Made by a program: the position numbers and the translations under genes. From Candidatus Woesearchaeota archaeon (GTDB lineage Archaea; Nanobdellota; Nanobdellia; Woesearchaeales; UBA10216): a DNA stretch of 58,567 nt. The number at the start of each line of letters is the position of its first letter. Within the stretch, counting starts at the first letter, position 1. The stretch is from NCBI GenBank assembly GCA_016180105.1, contig JACPBZ010000006.1, forward strand, positions 1-58,567. The letters are read 5' to 3'. The notes under the pieces are model-generated. The model saw only the letters and a program-made list of their open reading frames with translations. It had not been told where the DNA came from and did no database searches. Positions 1 through 7,447 of the stretch are shown in pieces.

Positions 1-396
1 ATTAAGCATACTGTCTGAATCCTGCGAGATAACGACATCAATCTGCTTCAGCGAAGCACAAGCCACTATTAAAAAGTCAGTTATGATATCCTTATGCGAT
101 ATCCCTCCTCCAAAAGTGCGGTAAGAACCATAATACTCAACAGCAACATCCATCATTTTCTGCTCAAAGCGGTACTCCTCTGCAATTATTTCCTCATACA
201 GCCTTAATAGGTCAGCTCTCAAGTTTTCGCTGAAATGCGCGACCATTCTTGGAGCTGCCTTCAATTCATGCCTGACCTCATCAAAGCCGTAAAACCTGAA
301 GCCGAGCGTGGCTGCCTGCACAACAACTAATTTCCCAGCCTCGCCCTCTCTCAACAAAGCCGTATAAACGTTGGTGTCGAAAATGAGCCGCTTCAC
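1..396 (-). CDS. PIN-domain ribonuclease (VapC-like toxin); C-terminus runs off the left window edge
   Basis: Not in the ORF track. GTG start at 396-394, preceded by AGGTGA. My translation is VKRLIFDTNVYTALLREGEAG...LIVACASLKQIDVVISQDSDSMLN. The DTN near the N-terminus and QDSD near the C-terminus sit at the usual PIN acidic positions. Confidence 0.7.
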   Translation of the reverse strand, partial: MKRLIFDTNVYTALLREGEAGKLVVVQAATLGFRFYGFDEVRHELKAAPRMVAHFSENLRADLLRLYEEIIAEEYRFEQKMMDVAVEYYGSYRTFGGGISHKDIITDFLIVACASLKQIDVVISQDSDSMLN

Positions 397-503
397 CTAG
401 CATCACCTGCAACGATGCTTGGCTGCGAAGCCGGAACTGCAGCAAAGGCGGAAAAGGCGTAAGCTGCAGCGATGAAGAGAGCAGCGGCTAATACGAAGCG
501 CAC
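393..503 (-). CDS. 36-codon hydrophobic ORF whose stop overlaps the PIN start (GTGA)
   Basis: GTG at 503-501 after AAGGAAA. Translation is VRFVLAAALFIAAAYAFSAFAAVPASQPSIVAGDAR. Too short for the ORF track, and it could be a chance ORF in GC-rich DNA. Confidence 0.2.
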   Translation of the reverse strand: MRFVLAAALFIAAAYAFSAFAAVPASQPSIVAGDAR

Positions 504-564
504 GTACAATTTTCCTTTTTTCAAATCAACCAGCCTGATGACTAATCAACCTCTTTTTTTGCAT

Positions 565-897
565 CAATCCCGAACTGGCAGTTTGACGGCACGGGCGCGG
601 ATGCCTTACCCTCCTCCTTGCACTCCTCCTTGCAAATCGGCATATGCCGATTGCACATTCCGCATAGCGGAATTGTGCGGAGGGCCGCGGTAACACAGCC
701 ACGCCAACGGGCCAAAGTCCTGCTGTTCGAGAAAGGGAAACGCCCCTATCCCCCGCGTGAGAAGGAGATAAGGGTGTGTTGTCCACTAAGTCCCGAATTA
801 CCGGAAGAACGTGAATTTCAGTCGAATTATCGCTGCAGCTAAGGCTTGGATAAGAGAATATGACGTTGCCTAAGTTTCCCATAACAACACACCCTTT
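565..897. ncRNA. Candidate structured non-coding RNA; class and strand unresolved
   Basis: GC-rich block with no protein-like ORF. Perfect 13-bp long-range pairing between 770-782 and 884-896, followed by TTTTT on the plus strand. Hairpins at 635-652 and 657-673. Possible CCCTCC / GGAGGG closing stem (609-614 with 680-685). GGAGGGCCGCGGTAAC and AAAGTCC / AAGGCTTGG strings loosely recall RNase P and SRP conserved elements. Confidence 0.3.
611..634. repeat. Perfect 12-nt tandem duplication CTCCTCCTTGCA x2 inside the structured block
   Basis: Read directly: 611-622 equals 623-634. Confidence 0.9.
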
Positions 898-948
898 TTG
901 ATAGGGCCACTATTTTCCCCACTACTCACGCTAACTATGAAAATGAAA

Positions 949-1149
949 TCAACGCCTTATGCGCTCGTCGGCAGAAGCCGCCGGCGCCCTAAGGAACTGG
1001 CCAAGAGTGGCATTCTTCACATTATCCTTCATCAACTGCTCAACCTTCGTGCTGACCTTCATGCCATTCTCCTTGCAAAAAGTCTTGAAAGATGCAAATA
1101 TGTCCTCATCGATAGTCATAGAAACCTTAAGCTTAGGCAACTTCAACAC
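949..1149 (-). CDS. Ribbon-helix-helix (CopG/VapB-like) small DNA-binding protein
   Basis: 66 aa. KVSMTIDEDIFASFKTFCKENGMKVSTKVEQLMKD fits a beta-strand plus two helices, the RHH layout. No adjacent toxin gene. Confidence 0.6.
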   Translation of the reverse strand: MLKLPKLKVSMTIDEDIFASFKTFCKENGMKVSTKVEQLMKDNVKNATLGQFLRAPAASADERIRR

Positions 1150-1266
1150 CCTCCCCCTTTAATACCAACTTATCCATACTTCTATGGAAGTTATATTTAA
1201 AGCTTTCGATAAGTGCGATCATAGTTTTGGCAAAACTTTAAATAAAAGCGTTATTTTTATAACCAA

Positions 1267-1833
1267 ATGGTTCAAAAAATAACGATATTGTACGCCATGG
1301 AACCCTTTCTTGGCAACCCAAATGAAGCCCTTCACCTCACGGAATTGTCAAGGCTATTGCGAGAGCCCCATCCAACTGTAAGGCAACACCTCAATTTTCT
1401 CGAGAAAGAGGGAATCCTCACCAAAAGCAAGAAAGGGAGACTGACCCTTTATCGCCTTAACCGCAACAATCCACTCCTTCTAGACTACGCTTTTATTGCC
1501 GAAAAAAGCAGGCTTATAAAAAGGTGCAATGAAGAGCTGGTCCTCAAGGAACTAGTGCAATTCCTCAGGAGCATTTTAAGAGAGCGGAACAACGCCATCA
1601 TATTTGGCTCAGCAACCGAATCTGTCCGGAGAGCAAACGACATAGACTTGCTCATAACAGGCAAATTCAACGATGAACCTGTAGACGCCTTTTCAGAAAG
1701 ATTCAACGTAAAGGTTCACATTATAAGAGCTGGCAAGTTACAGAAAATCCCAAAAGCGCTTCACGGGGAAATAACGAGAAAACATCTTTTAATCCAAGGC
1801 AATGATGAAGTGACCAGGTGGTTGATATCGTAA
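1267..1833 (+). CDS. wHTH + minimal nucleotidyltransferase (MNT-like) protein
   Basis: N-terminal LTELSRLLREPHPTVRQHLNFLEKEGIL is wHTH-like. C-terminal IIFGSATESVRRANDIDLLITG matches the GS...DxD nucleotidyltransferase motif. Paralog of 45713-46336. Confidence 0.75.
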   Translation: MVQKITILYAMEPFLGNPNEALHLTELSRLLREPHPTVRQHLNFLEKEGILTKSKKGRLTLYRLNRNNPLLLDYAFIAEKSRLIKRCNEELVLKELVQFLRSILRERNNAIIFGSATESVRRANDIDLLITGKFNDEPVDAFSERFNVKVHIIRAGKLQKIPKALHGEITRKHLLIQGNDEVTRWLIS

Positions 1834-2321
1834 ATCTCACGTGGTGCGGAAAACAGCCAAAGGGCATAAAGCTAATTGAACCGAGCGATGACATAGCAGA
1901 TGAATACTTTGAAACGGCCAAGCAAACACTTGACGTGATCAAGGCCGTACCTGCTTCCTCAAACGTTTGGCTGGCAACCACCAAGTATTATCTCGAATAT
2001 TTTACAGTTTATGGCCTTTTGATGAAACTCGGAATCAGGTCAGAGATTCACGATTGCACTTTGGCAATATGCAGCCTGCTTGAAAAGGAAGGTTTGCTGG
2101 CGAAGGGAACCTACGACCTCCTGAGTGATGATAAAAAGCTCCAGACAGACAACCAGTATTACCTCAAAGACCTTCCTGTCACCATAGACTATGAACAGCT
2201 GGTTAACTTTTATTTGACCATAAAGAATACGGCTGAAAAATTAACCCTCCAGCAAAAAACAAGCATAAGGGAAAAAATAGAAAAGCTTTTACTGCTGGGA
2301 AAAAAGGAGGCGGATCAATGA
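1818..2321 (+). CDS. HEPN-like helical protein, partner of the nucleotidyltransferase
   Basis: GTG start overlaps the upstream gene by 16 nt. All-helical sequence with LGIRSEIHDCTLAI (R-x3-H). Clearly paralogous to 46323-46838. The HEPN assignment rests on context and motif memory only. Confidence 0.5.
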   Translation: MVDIVNLTWCGKQPKGIKLIEPSDDIADEYFETAKQTLDVIKAVPASSNVWLATTKYYLEYFTVYGLLMKLGIRSEIHDCTLAICSLLEKEGLLAKGTYDLLSDDKKLQTDNQYYLKDLPVTIDYEQLVNFYLTIKNTAEKLTLQQKTSIREKIEKLLLLGKKEADQ

Positions 2322-2920
2322 GCAATAACGGTGCCGAGGAGGAAAGCCTTGAAAGCGGAGGGAGCGGGTTAAGCCCTTCAGAGATTGAAGCGCTCCAGAG
2401 AAAAAACTGCGTGTTCTGCCACATCGCTTCCGGGAGGGTGCCGGCCAAGAAAGTGTATGAGGATAACGAATGCGTTGCGGTGCTGGACATAAATCCTGCC
2501 AATCCAGGGCACATCCTGCTTATGCCGAAGGAGCACTACACCATAATGTACCAAGTTCCTGAGCCGCTAATAGAACACCTCTTTGTAGCGGCAAAAGGGC
2601 TCTCGCAGGCAGGACTGAAAGCGTTCCAAAGCAAGGGAACCACGATTTTTGCTGCCAACGGAACTTCAGCCGGGCAAAGGGCTCCGCACTTCATGCTTCA
2701 CGTCATCCCAAGAGTGCCGGGCGACAGCATAGGGATGTACATACCATCAAGGACACTTCCCCAAAAAGAGGCTGAAAGGATAGCTCTTGCCGTGTCTGCC
2801 GCGCTTGGCGGAAAGATTGCGCCCCACAAGGAAGAAAAAAAAGAGGAAAAAGAGGAACACAGCCTTGATGCAGTCACAGAGTTTCTCACAAAGCCCACTT
2901 CAACAGGTGAGCACAAGTGA
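2318..2920 (+). CDS. HIT-superfamily-like protein with an altered histidine triad (H-phi-M-phi-H)
   Basis: CVFCHIASGRVPAKKVYEDNECVAVLDINPANPGHILLMPKEHY is a typical HIT N-terminal half. The triad region reads APHFMLHVIPR. ATGA overlap with the upstream stop, and AAGGAGG sits 7 nt upstream. Confidence 0.8.
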   Translation: MSNNGAEEESLESGGSGLSPSEIEALQRKNCVFCHIASGRVPAKKVYEDNECVAVLDINPANPGHILLMPKEHYTIMYQVPEPLIEHLFVAAKGLSQAGLKAFQSKGTTIFAANGTSAGQRAPHFMLHVIPRVPGDSIGMYIPSRTLPQKEAERIALAVSAALGGKIAPHKEEKKEEKEEHSLDAVTEFLTKPTSTGEHK

Positions 2921-3435
2921 CCTGCAGGTATTGCGATGGCATTGCGAAGAAAGAGAACATCGTATTTGAGGACGAAACAATTGCGGTGATGCTTCACCAC
3001 GCACCGGCAATGCCCGGGCATCTTTTGGCACTTCCGAAAGAGCACTTCACAATCATCGAGCAAACACCTGACAAGATTGTGAGAAAAATGGCAGTCACCG
3101 CAAACAAGGCATCAACAGCGCTCATACAAGTCCTGGGGGCAACAGGAACAAACCTCATAATAGAGAACGGGACAGCAGCCGAGCAGCAGGTCCCGCACCT
3201 GGCAATAAACATAATTCCAAGAGTGGACGGCGACGGCCTTAACTTCCAATGGCAGCCGAAGAAGGTAAGCGACGAGCAGATGGGACTGATAGAGTTGCAG
3301 CTGAAAGAGCAAACCAAAAGCCTCGGAGTGGAAGCCGAGAAGAAGGAGCCAATCATGCTTGATGATGCAAAGGCGAAAGGCGAGGCTGTGCAGAAAAGCA
3401 ACTACCTGACAAGGCAGCTGAGAAGGATGCCGTGA
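2917..3435 (+). CDS. HIT-superfamily-like protein with a degenerate triad (H-phi-A-phi-N)
   Basis: CRYCDGIAKKENIVFEDETIAVMLHHAPAMPGHLLALPKEHF. The triad region reads VPHLAINIIPR. GTGA overlap with the upstream gene. Confidence 0.75.
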   Translation: MTCRYCDGIAKKENIVFEDETIAVMLHHAPAMPGHLLALPKEHFTIIEQTPDKIVRKMAVTANKASTALIQVLGATGTNLIIENGTAAEQQVPHLAINIIPRVDGDGLNFQWQPKKVSDEQMGLIELQLKEQTKSLGVEAEKKEPIMLDDAKAKGEAVQKSNYLTRQLRRMP

Positions 3436-3700
3436 TGGTGGTGATTGAAAAGAAGGTCTGGCCGGAATTCTTCCAGAAAATCGTGGATGGGGAAAAAAGA
3501 ACTTTGAGCTGCGCCTTGCTGATTTCGAATGCAACCCCAGCGACACGCTTCTTTTAATGGAATGGAAACCGGAAACGAAGGAGTATACGGGAAGGGTTTT
3601 GGAGAAAAAAGTGACTTGCGTGCTTAAAACAAAAAGCCTGAAATTCTGGCCCAAGGAGGATGTTGAAAAATACGGGTTCCAGGTGATCGCGTTTGAATAA
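3435..3700 (+). pseudogene. ASCH / DUF3850-like small RNA-binding-fold protein interrupted by a -1 frameshift in an A6 run
   Basis: Frame A from ATG 3435 gives MVVIEKKVWPEFFQKIVDGEK and then stops shortly after. The -1 frame from 3497 gives KNFELRLADFECNPSDTLLLMEWKPETKEYTGRVLEKKVTCVLKTKSLKFWPKEDVEKYGFQVIAFE, ending at TAA 3698-3700. The two frames join at A-run 3493-3498. Joined, the roughly 88-aa product resembles DUF3850. Confidence 0.6.
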
Positions 3701-3729
3701 GCTGGATGCCACGTGCCAGAGAAGCGCAC

Positions 3730-4134
3730 TTAAAAACCAAGAAGCCCAAGAGCATGCTCTGGAGTCATTATCTTGATGCTCCTGAAACTTCCAAGATTAA
3801 GCAGATGCTTGTCATACGTGATTAAATAAGCTGAAGAAGACGCTAAAGCGCATTCGATAACTTTATTGTCATCAGGGTCTTCCTTGATAACGTTAATCTT
3901 CTCTGATGGATTAACGAAATTCAGGAATAAAACAAGCTTCCCAACGATCGCAAGAACTTCTTCGTCAGAATATTCAAAGTCCCTCTTGAGAACTTTTTTG
4001 TATTCCGAAATAATAGCCTCAGAAGAAAAGATTGCCGTATCACTCTTTAGGAACTTGAATAACAGCTTTTGCGCTACGCTTCCATCCCAAAGCGTGGAAG
4101 AGAGCAAAACATTAGTATCAAGCACAACGTGCAC
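3730..4134 (-). CDS. PIN-domain toxin (VapC-like)
   Basis: MHVVLDTNVLLSS at the N-terminus and ITYDKHL near the C-terminus. Lies directly downstream of an AbrB-type antitoxin. Confidence 0.85.
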   Translation of the reverse strand: MHVVLDTNVLLSSTLWDGSVAQKLLFKFLKSDTAIFSSEAIISEYKKVLKRDFEYSDEEVLAIVGKLVLFLNFVNPSEKINVIKEDPDDNKVIECALASSSAYLITYDKHLLNLGSFRSIKIMTPEHALGLLGF

Positions 4135-4137
4135 GCA

Positions 4138-4416
4138 CTACCCTCTCCTTGCCATTTGAACCATGCCGGGAATGTTGGACTCCTTTAATCCCTTTCTTTC
4201 AAGGCGCTTCCTGCCCTCTTTGGCAATACCTTCTAAGTCCCTGATAAGATCTTCCCTGGAAGGCATCCCAATCTTCTTCAGGACAATAGTATCCTTGCTT
4301 CCGGCAACTGCAAAAAGCGTGCCCTCAGAGGCCGAAACTATTGCACGTATATTCTCAGGGATAACCACTTGCCCTCTTGACGACATTTTTGTTGTTTCGA
4401 CATTCATAAAAATCAC
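4138..4416 (-). CDS. AbrB/SpoVT-type antitoxin (VapB-like)
   Basis: SSRGQVVIPENIRAIV is a swapped-hairpin motif. 3-nt gap to the PIN gene. Confidence 0.8.
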   Translation of the reverse strand: MIFMNVETTKMSSRGQVVIPENIRAIVSASEGTLFAVAGSKDTIVLKKIGMPSREDLIRDLEGIAKEGRKRLERKGLKESNIPGMVQMARRG

Positions 4417-4464
4417 CTCAAAGCTTACTTTCTTATTGTAAGAAAGTCTTATATAAAAGATTTT

Positions 4465-5349
4465 CTACCGCAAAACCGCAAAGAAGACATTGCCGAAAAA
4501 AACAGTCAGCGAATAAGCCATCAGGAACGTGGGCGCGAAGGGAATGCCCTCCTTTATCAGGACGGCGCGGACTTTCTTTTTTTTATAAAGCGCGATGAGC
4601 TGGCTTATCTGGCGCTTCTCAATGCCAAGGTCCTTGGGACCGCATATGCGCCTACCGTTAACGATAACGTCCCTTGCAATCCAGTCCCCCTCGGTCAGCT
4701 TGAGTGGACTGACCAGTTTCAGCATACAGGACTGCTCGACTGCCTTGGCCAGCATTGAAGCGTAAAGGCCAAAAAGCAATGCTCCAGTGAAGGTAGCAAG
4801 GCCAAGCCGAAGAAGGGGATCCTGCAAAAACGCTGCTGCAACAAGCAGGAGGGCGGCCATCGCCAACACAATTTTCCTCAAAAGCGAGTTTGACCTAGCC
4901 TGCCTGGAAAAAGCCGCTGCAAATTTCTTCCAATGCTTAAACGCGAGGAAAACTGCAAAAGCAAGCGCGTAAAACAGGCTGATAATGACGAGATTGAAAA
5001 AGAAGGACAAGAGCTGGCTTTCAAGGCTGACAAACGGTGCGGAGAGGGAGAGGGGCAGCCCGAGGATTGCGCCAAGGCCAACCAGCAGCTTGCTGTCGCC
5101 GCCGCCCCACTGGCCAGCGTAAAACATCAGGGCCGCAAAAGCAAGCGCTACTGCTGCGCCTGAAATACTGAAAAGGAGAAAACGAAAATCTGCGGCAACG
5201 ACCGACTGAAGAATGGCAAGGCCAAATCCAACAACCACGAGGCCGTAGTTGACATAATTAGGCACTTCGCGCTTTTTCAGGTCGCTGACTGTTGCGGCGA
5301 TGAGAAAGCTGAGAATGGCTAGCTGTGTTAATTGCGTGAATTGCAGCAT
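4465..5349 (-). CDS. Class III signal (prepilin/preflagellin) peptidase, A24 family
   Basis: Polytopic protein. First Asp in VSDLKKREVPN and second in the GGGDSKLL (GxGD) motif. Confidence 0.8.
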   Translation of the reverse strand: MLQFTQLTQLAILSFLIAATVSDLKKREVPNYVNYGLVVVGFGLAILQSVVAADFRFLLFSISGAAVALAFAALMFYAGQWGGGDSKLLVGLGAILGLPLSLSAPFVSLESQLLSFFFNLVIISLFYALAFAVFLAFKHWKKFAAAFSRQARSNSLLRKIVLAMAALLLVAAAFLQDPLLRLGLATFTGALLFGLYASMLAKAVEQSCMLKLVSPLKLTEGDWIARDVIVNGRRICGPKDLGIEKRQISQLIALYKKKKVRAVLIKEGIPFAPTFLMAYSLTVFFGNVFFAVLR

Positions 5350-5498
5350 GGCATAACTTGCCGTTGCTGCTTATATAAGCTTTGCGAAAAACGAAATTTT
5401 TAGAGATTGAGCTGAAAATACCTGATTCACTGTTTGGCGCACATAAAGGATTGCGCAAATGGACGAAAGCTGACAGAATGAATTTTCACGAAGGGCAA

Positions 5499-7394
5499 TT
5501 ACTTCAGCCTTACTGCTTCCAGGTTGCGGGGGGCTGAAGTTTCTATCCTGAATGTCTTGTGGACCGCGCTTGCAAGGTCCAGGCACCTTGATGACTCGCC
5601 GTGGTTGACGATGACCTTCTTCGGCCTGGGGCTGCACTTGTAAATGAAGTTCAGGAGCTGCTTCCTGTTTGAATGGGCGGAAAACTCGTCAAAGGATTCT
5701 ATGCGGCACCTGACCTGCAATATTTCCTGGTTTGGGCCGTTGGTAAAAGCCAGTTCGCGGTCACCGCGCTGGATGCGCCTGCCTAGAGAGCCCTCGCCCT
5801 GGTAGGAAACAAGCGCAAGAGAGTTATTCGGGTTGTCGGCCAGGCCGCGGAGATACTCCACAGATGGCCCGCCCACAAGCATCCCGGAAGTTGCAAGGAT
5901 TATGCAGGAATCGCCGCTTTGGATGATTTGCTGCCTCTCCTGATTGGAGCCGACTTCCTTGAAGACCTCGGCCAGGAAAGGATTCTGGTCCTTGTGAAAG
6001 ATAAGCTTTCGGACATTTGCATTAAGGTATTCCGGATAGGCCGTGTGAATGGCGGTTATGTCCCACACAAGGCCATCGACGTAAATAGGAACTTTCGGGA
6101 GCTCGCCCAGGGTATACATAAGGTGGTGAAGGGTAAGCATTATCTCCTGTGCCCTGCCAGAGCCAAGGACTGGCACAAGGAGCTTTCCGCCCTTTGCAAG
6201 GGTGTCCTTCACCAAAGCTGCAAACTCGGCATCATTCTCCTCCTTCGCCTCGTCGGTCACTTCCTTCCCGCCGTATGTTGACTCAATTATGAGAGTCTCA
6301 AGCCTGGGAAAAACCGTGGAGGAAGGCTCAAGCACCTGGGTCTTCCCAAATTTCATATCACCAGTGTAAAGAATGTTATGAAGGCCGTTGCCTATGTGCA
6401 TGTGAATCATTGCACTGCCAAGTGTATGGCCAGCATTGTACAGCGTCAACCTGACATCAGGAGTAACGTCGGTAACCTCATCGTATTCCAGGGTGACGGT
6501 ATGCTTTATCATTTCCTTGACATCCTCAACATCGTAGATTGGCTCCTTGTTCTCAGACTTCATTATCTTGACAAAGTCAAGGAGAAGCAGCGCGGCCATA
6601 TCCCTAGTTGGAGCAGTGCAATAAGTCGGGCCACGGAAGCCGAACTTGTAGAGGTAAGGCAAAAAGCCGACGTGGTCAAGGTGGGCGTGGCTGATGATGA
6701 CAGCGTCAAGCTGGTTAATGTTGAATTCAGGCACTTCAAGATAAGGATAAGGACTATCCGGGGAGGCAACGTCAACACCGCAGTCAAGCAGCACCCTCGA
6801 CTCGGGAGTCTGGAGGAAATGACAGCTTCGCCCAACCTGCCTGCCGCCCCCAAGGACAGAAATCCTTATCCACTCATTCTTCTTCTCGCGAATCCAGCCG
6901 TCGTAAATCCTGTGGCCTATCTTATCAAGGAACTTTCTCCTGTAATCAGAATACTGGAAAAGGACTGCGCGGATGTTCTCGACAATTTTTGAGCGAAGCG
7001 CGGGAGTCCTTCGAATGACAGGCACCCACAGGGTTTCCTTCCTGATTTCCTGGAGAAGAGTGCCCTGCTTGCCAATTGCCAGGCCAAGCTTCTCAGCCTC
7101 TATGACAACAATGCTCCTTTGGGGGTCAAACAGCACATTTGAAACCCCAGCCTCTTCAGGCATAAGCTCGCGAATCTTCTTCTCAGCATCTTCCTGGTCA
7201 AGGAGAATGCTCGGGTCTGGCCTGAGCTCAATCCTTTTCTTTATTTCATCCACTACCTTCTTTATCATTCCCTCATTGTTGAGAAAAAAATCCTTGTCCT
7301 TGGTGTAGAGCACTATGTTGGCGCCTTCAAAGACTGCCTCGCTTACCTTGTCCTCGGGCAGGTACTTCAGAATTTCCTTGATTATGTTTGCCAT
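5499..7394 (-). CDS. aCPSF1/FttA-type beta-CASP ribonuclease with N-terminal KH domains
   Basis: 631 aa. KH-like N-terminus, metallo-beta-lactamase HAHLDH motif, beta-CASP region. Typical archaeal length. Confidence 0.93.
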   Translation of the reverse strand: MANIIKEILKYLPEDKVSEAVFEGANIVLYTKDKDFFLNNEGMIKKVVDEIKKRIELRPDPSILLDQEDAEKKIRELMPEEAGVSNVLFDPQRSIVVIEAEKLGLAIGKQGTLLQEIRKETLWVPVIRRTPALRSKIVENIRAVLFQYSDYRRKFLDKIGHRIYDGWIREKKNEWIRISVLGGGRQVGRSCHFLQTPESRVLLDCGVDVASPDSPYPYLEVPEFNINQLDAVIISHAHLDHVGFLPYLYKFGFRGPTYCTAPTRDMAALLLLDFVKIMKSENKEPIYDVEDVKEMIKHTVTLEYDEVTDVTPDVRLTLYNAGHTLGSAMIHMHIGNGLHNILYTGDMKFGKTQVLEPSSTVFPRLETLIIESTYGGKEVTDEAKEENDAEFAALVKDTLAKGGKLLVPVLGSGRAQEIMLTLHHLMYTLGELPKVPIYVDGLVWDITAIHTAYPEYLNANVRKLIFHKDQNPFLAEVFKEVGSNQERQQIIQSGDSCIILATSGMLVGGPSVEYLRGLADNPNNSLALVSYQGEGSLGRRIQRGDRELAFTNGPNQEILQVRCRIESFDEFSAHSNRKQLLNFIYKCSPRPKKVIVNHGESSRCLDLASAVHKTFRIETSAPRNLEAVRLK

Positions 7395-7447
7395 TTTTCA
7401 GAAGTTTCAGTTACTCGGTGTCAATAGACTAAGATTGCTGGCTCTGC

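Noticed and set aside
611-634. 12-nt tandem duplication considered as a possible CRISPR or minisatellite
   Set aside because: There are only two units and no spacers. No CRISPR-like repeat-spacer periodicity appears anywhere in the window.
472-882. Track ORFs 472-693, 526-882 and 618-842 inside the GC-rich block
   Set aside because: They mutually overlap, and they are Cys/Arg/Pro-rich with no SD or TATA context. The region has strong RNA-like helices instead.
565-897. Firm assignment of the structured block as RNase P RNA or SRP RNA
   Set aside because: Only fragments resemble conserved elements: GGTAAC, AAAGTCC/GGCTT, and GGGCGCGG...TGCC. I found no GAGGAAAGTCC-type CR-I upstream of the GGTAAC element and no GGAA-capped helix-8-like motif, and I could not complete either fold. 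It is kept only as an unclassified candidate.
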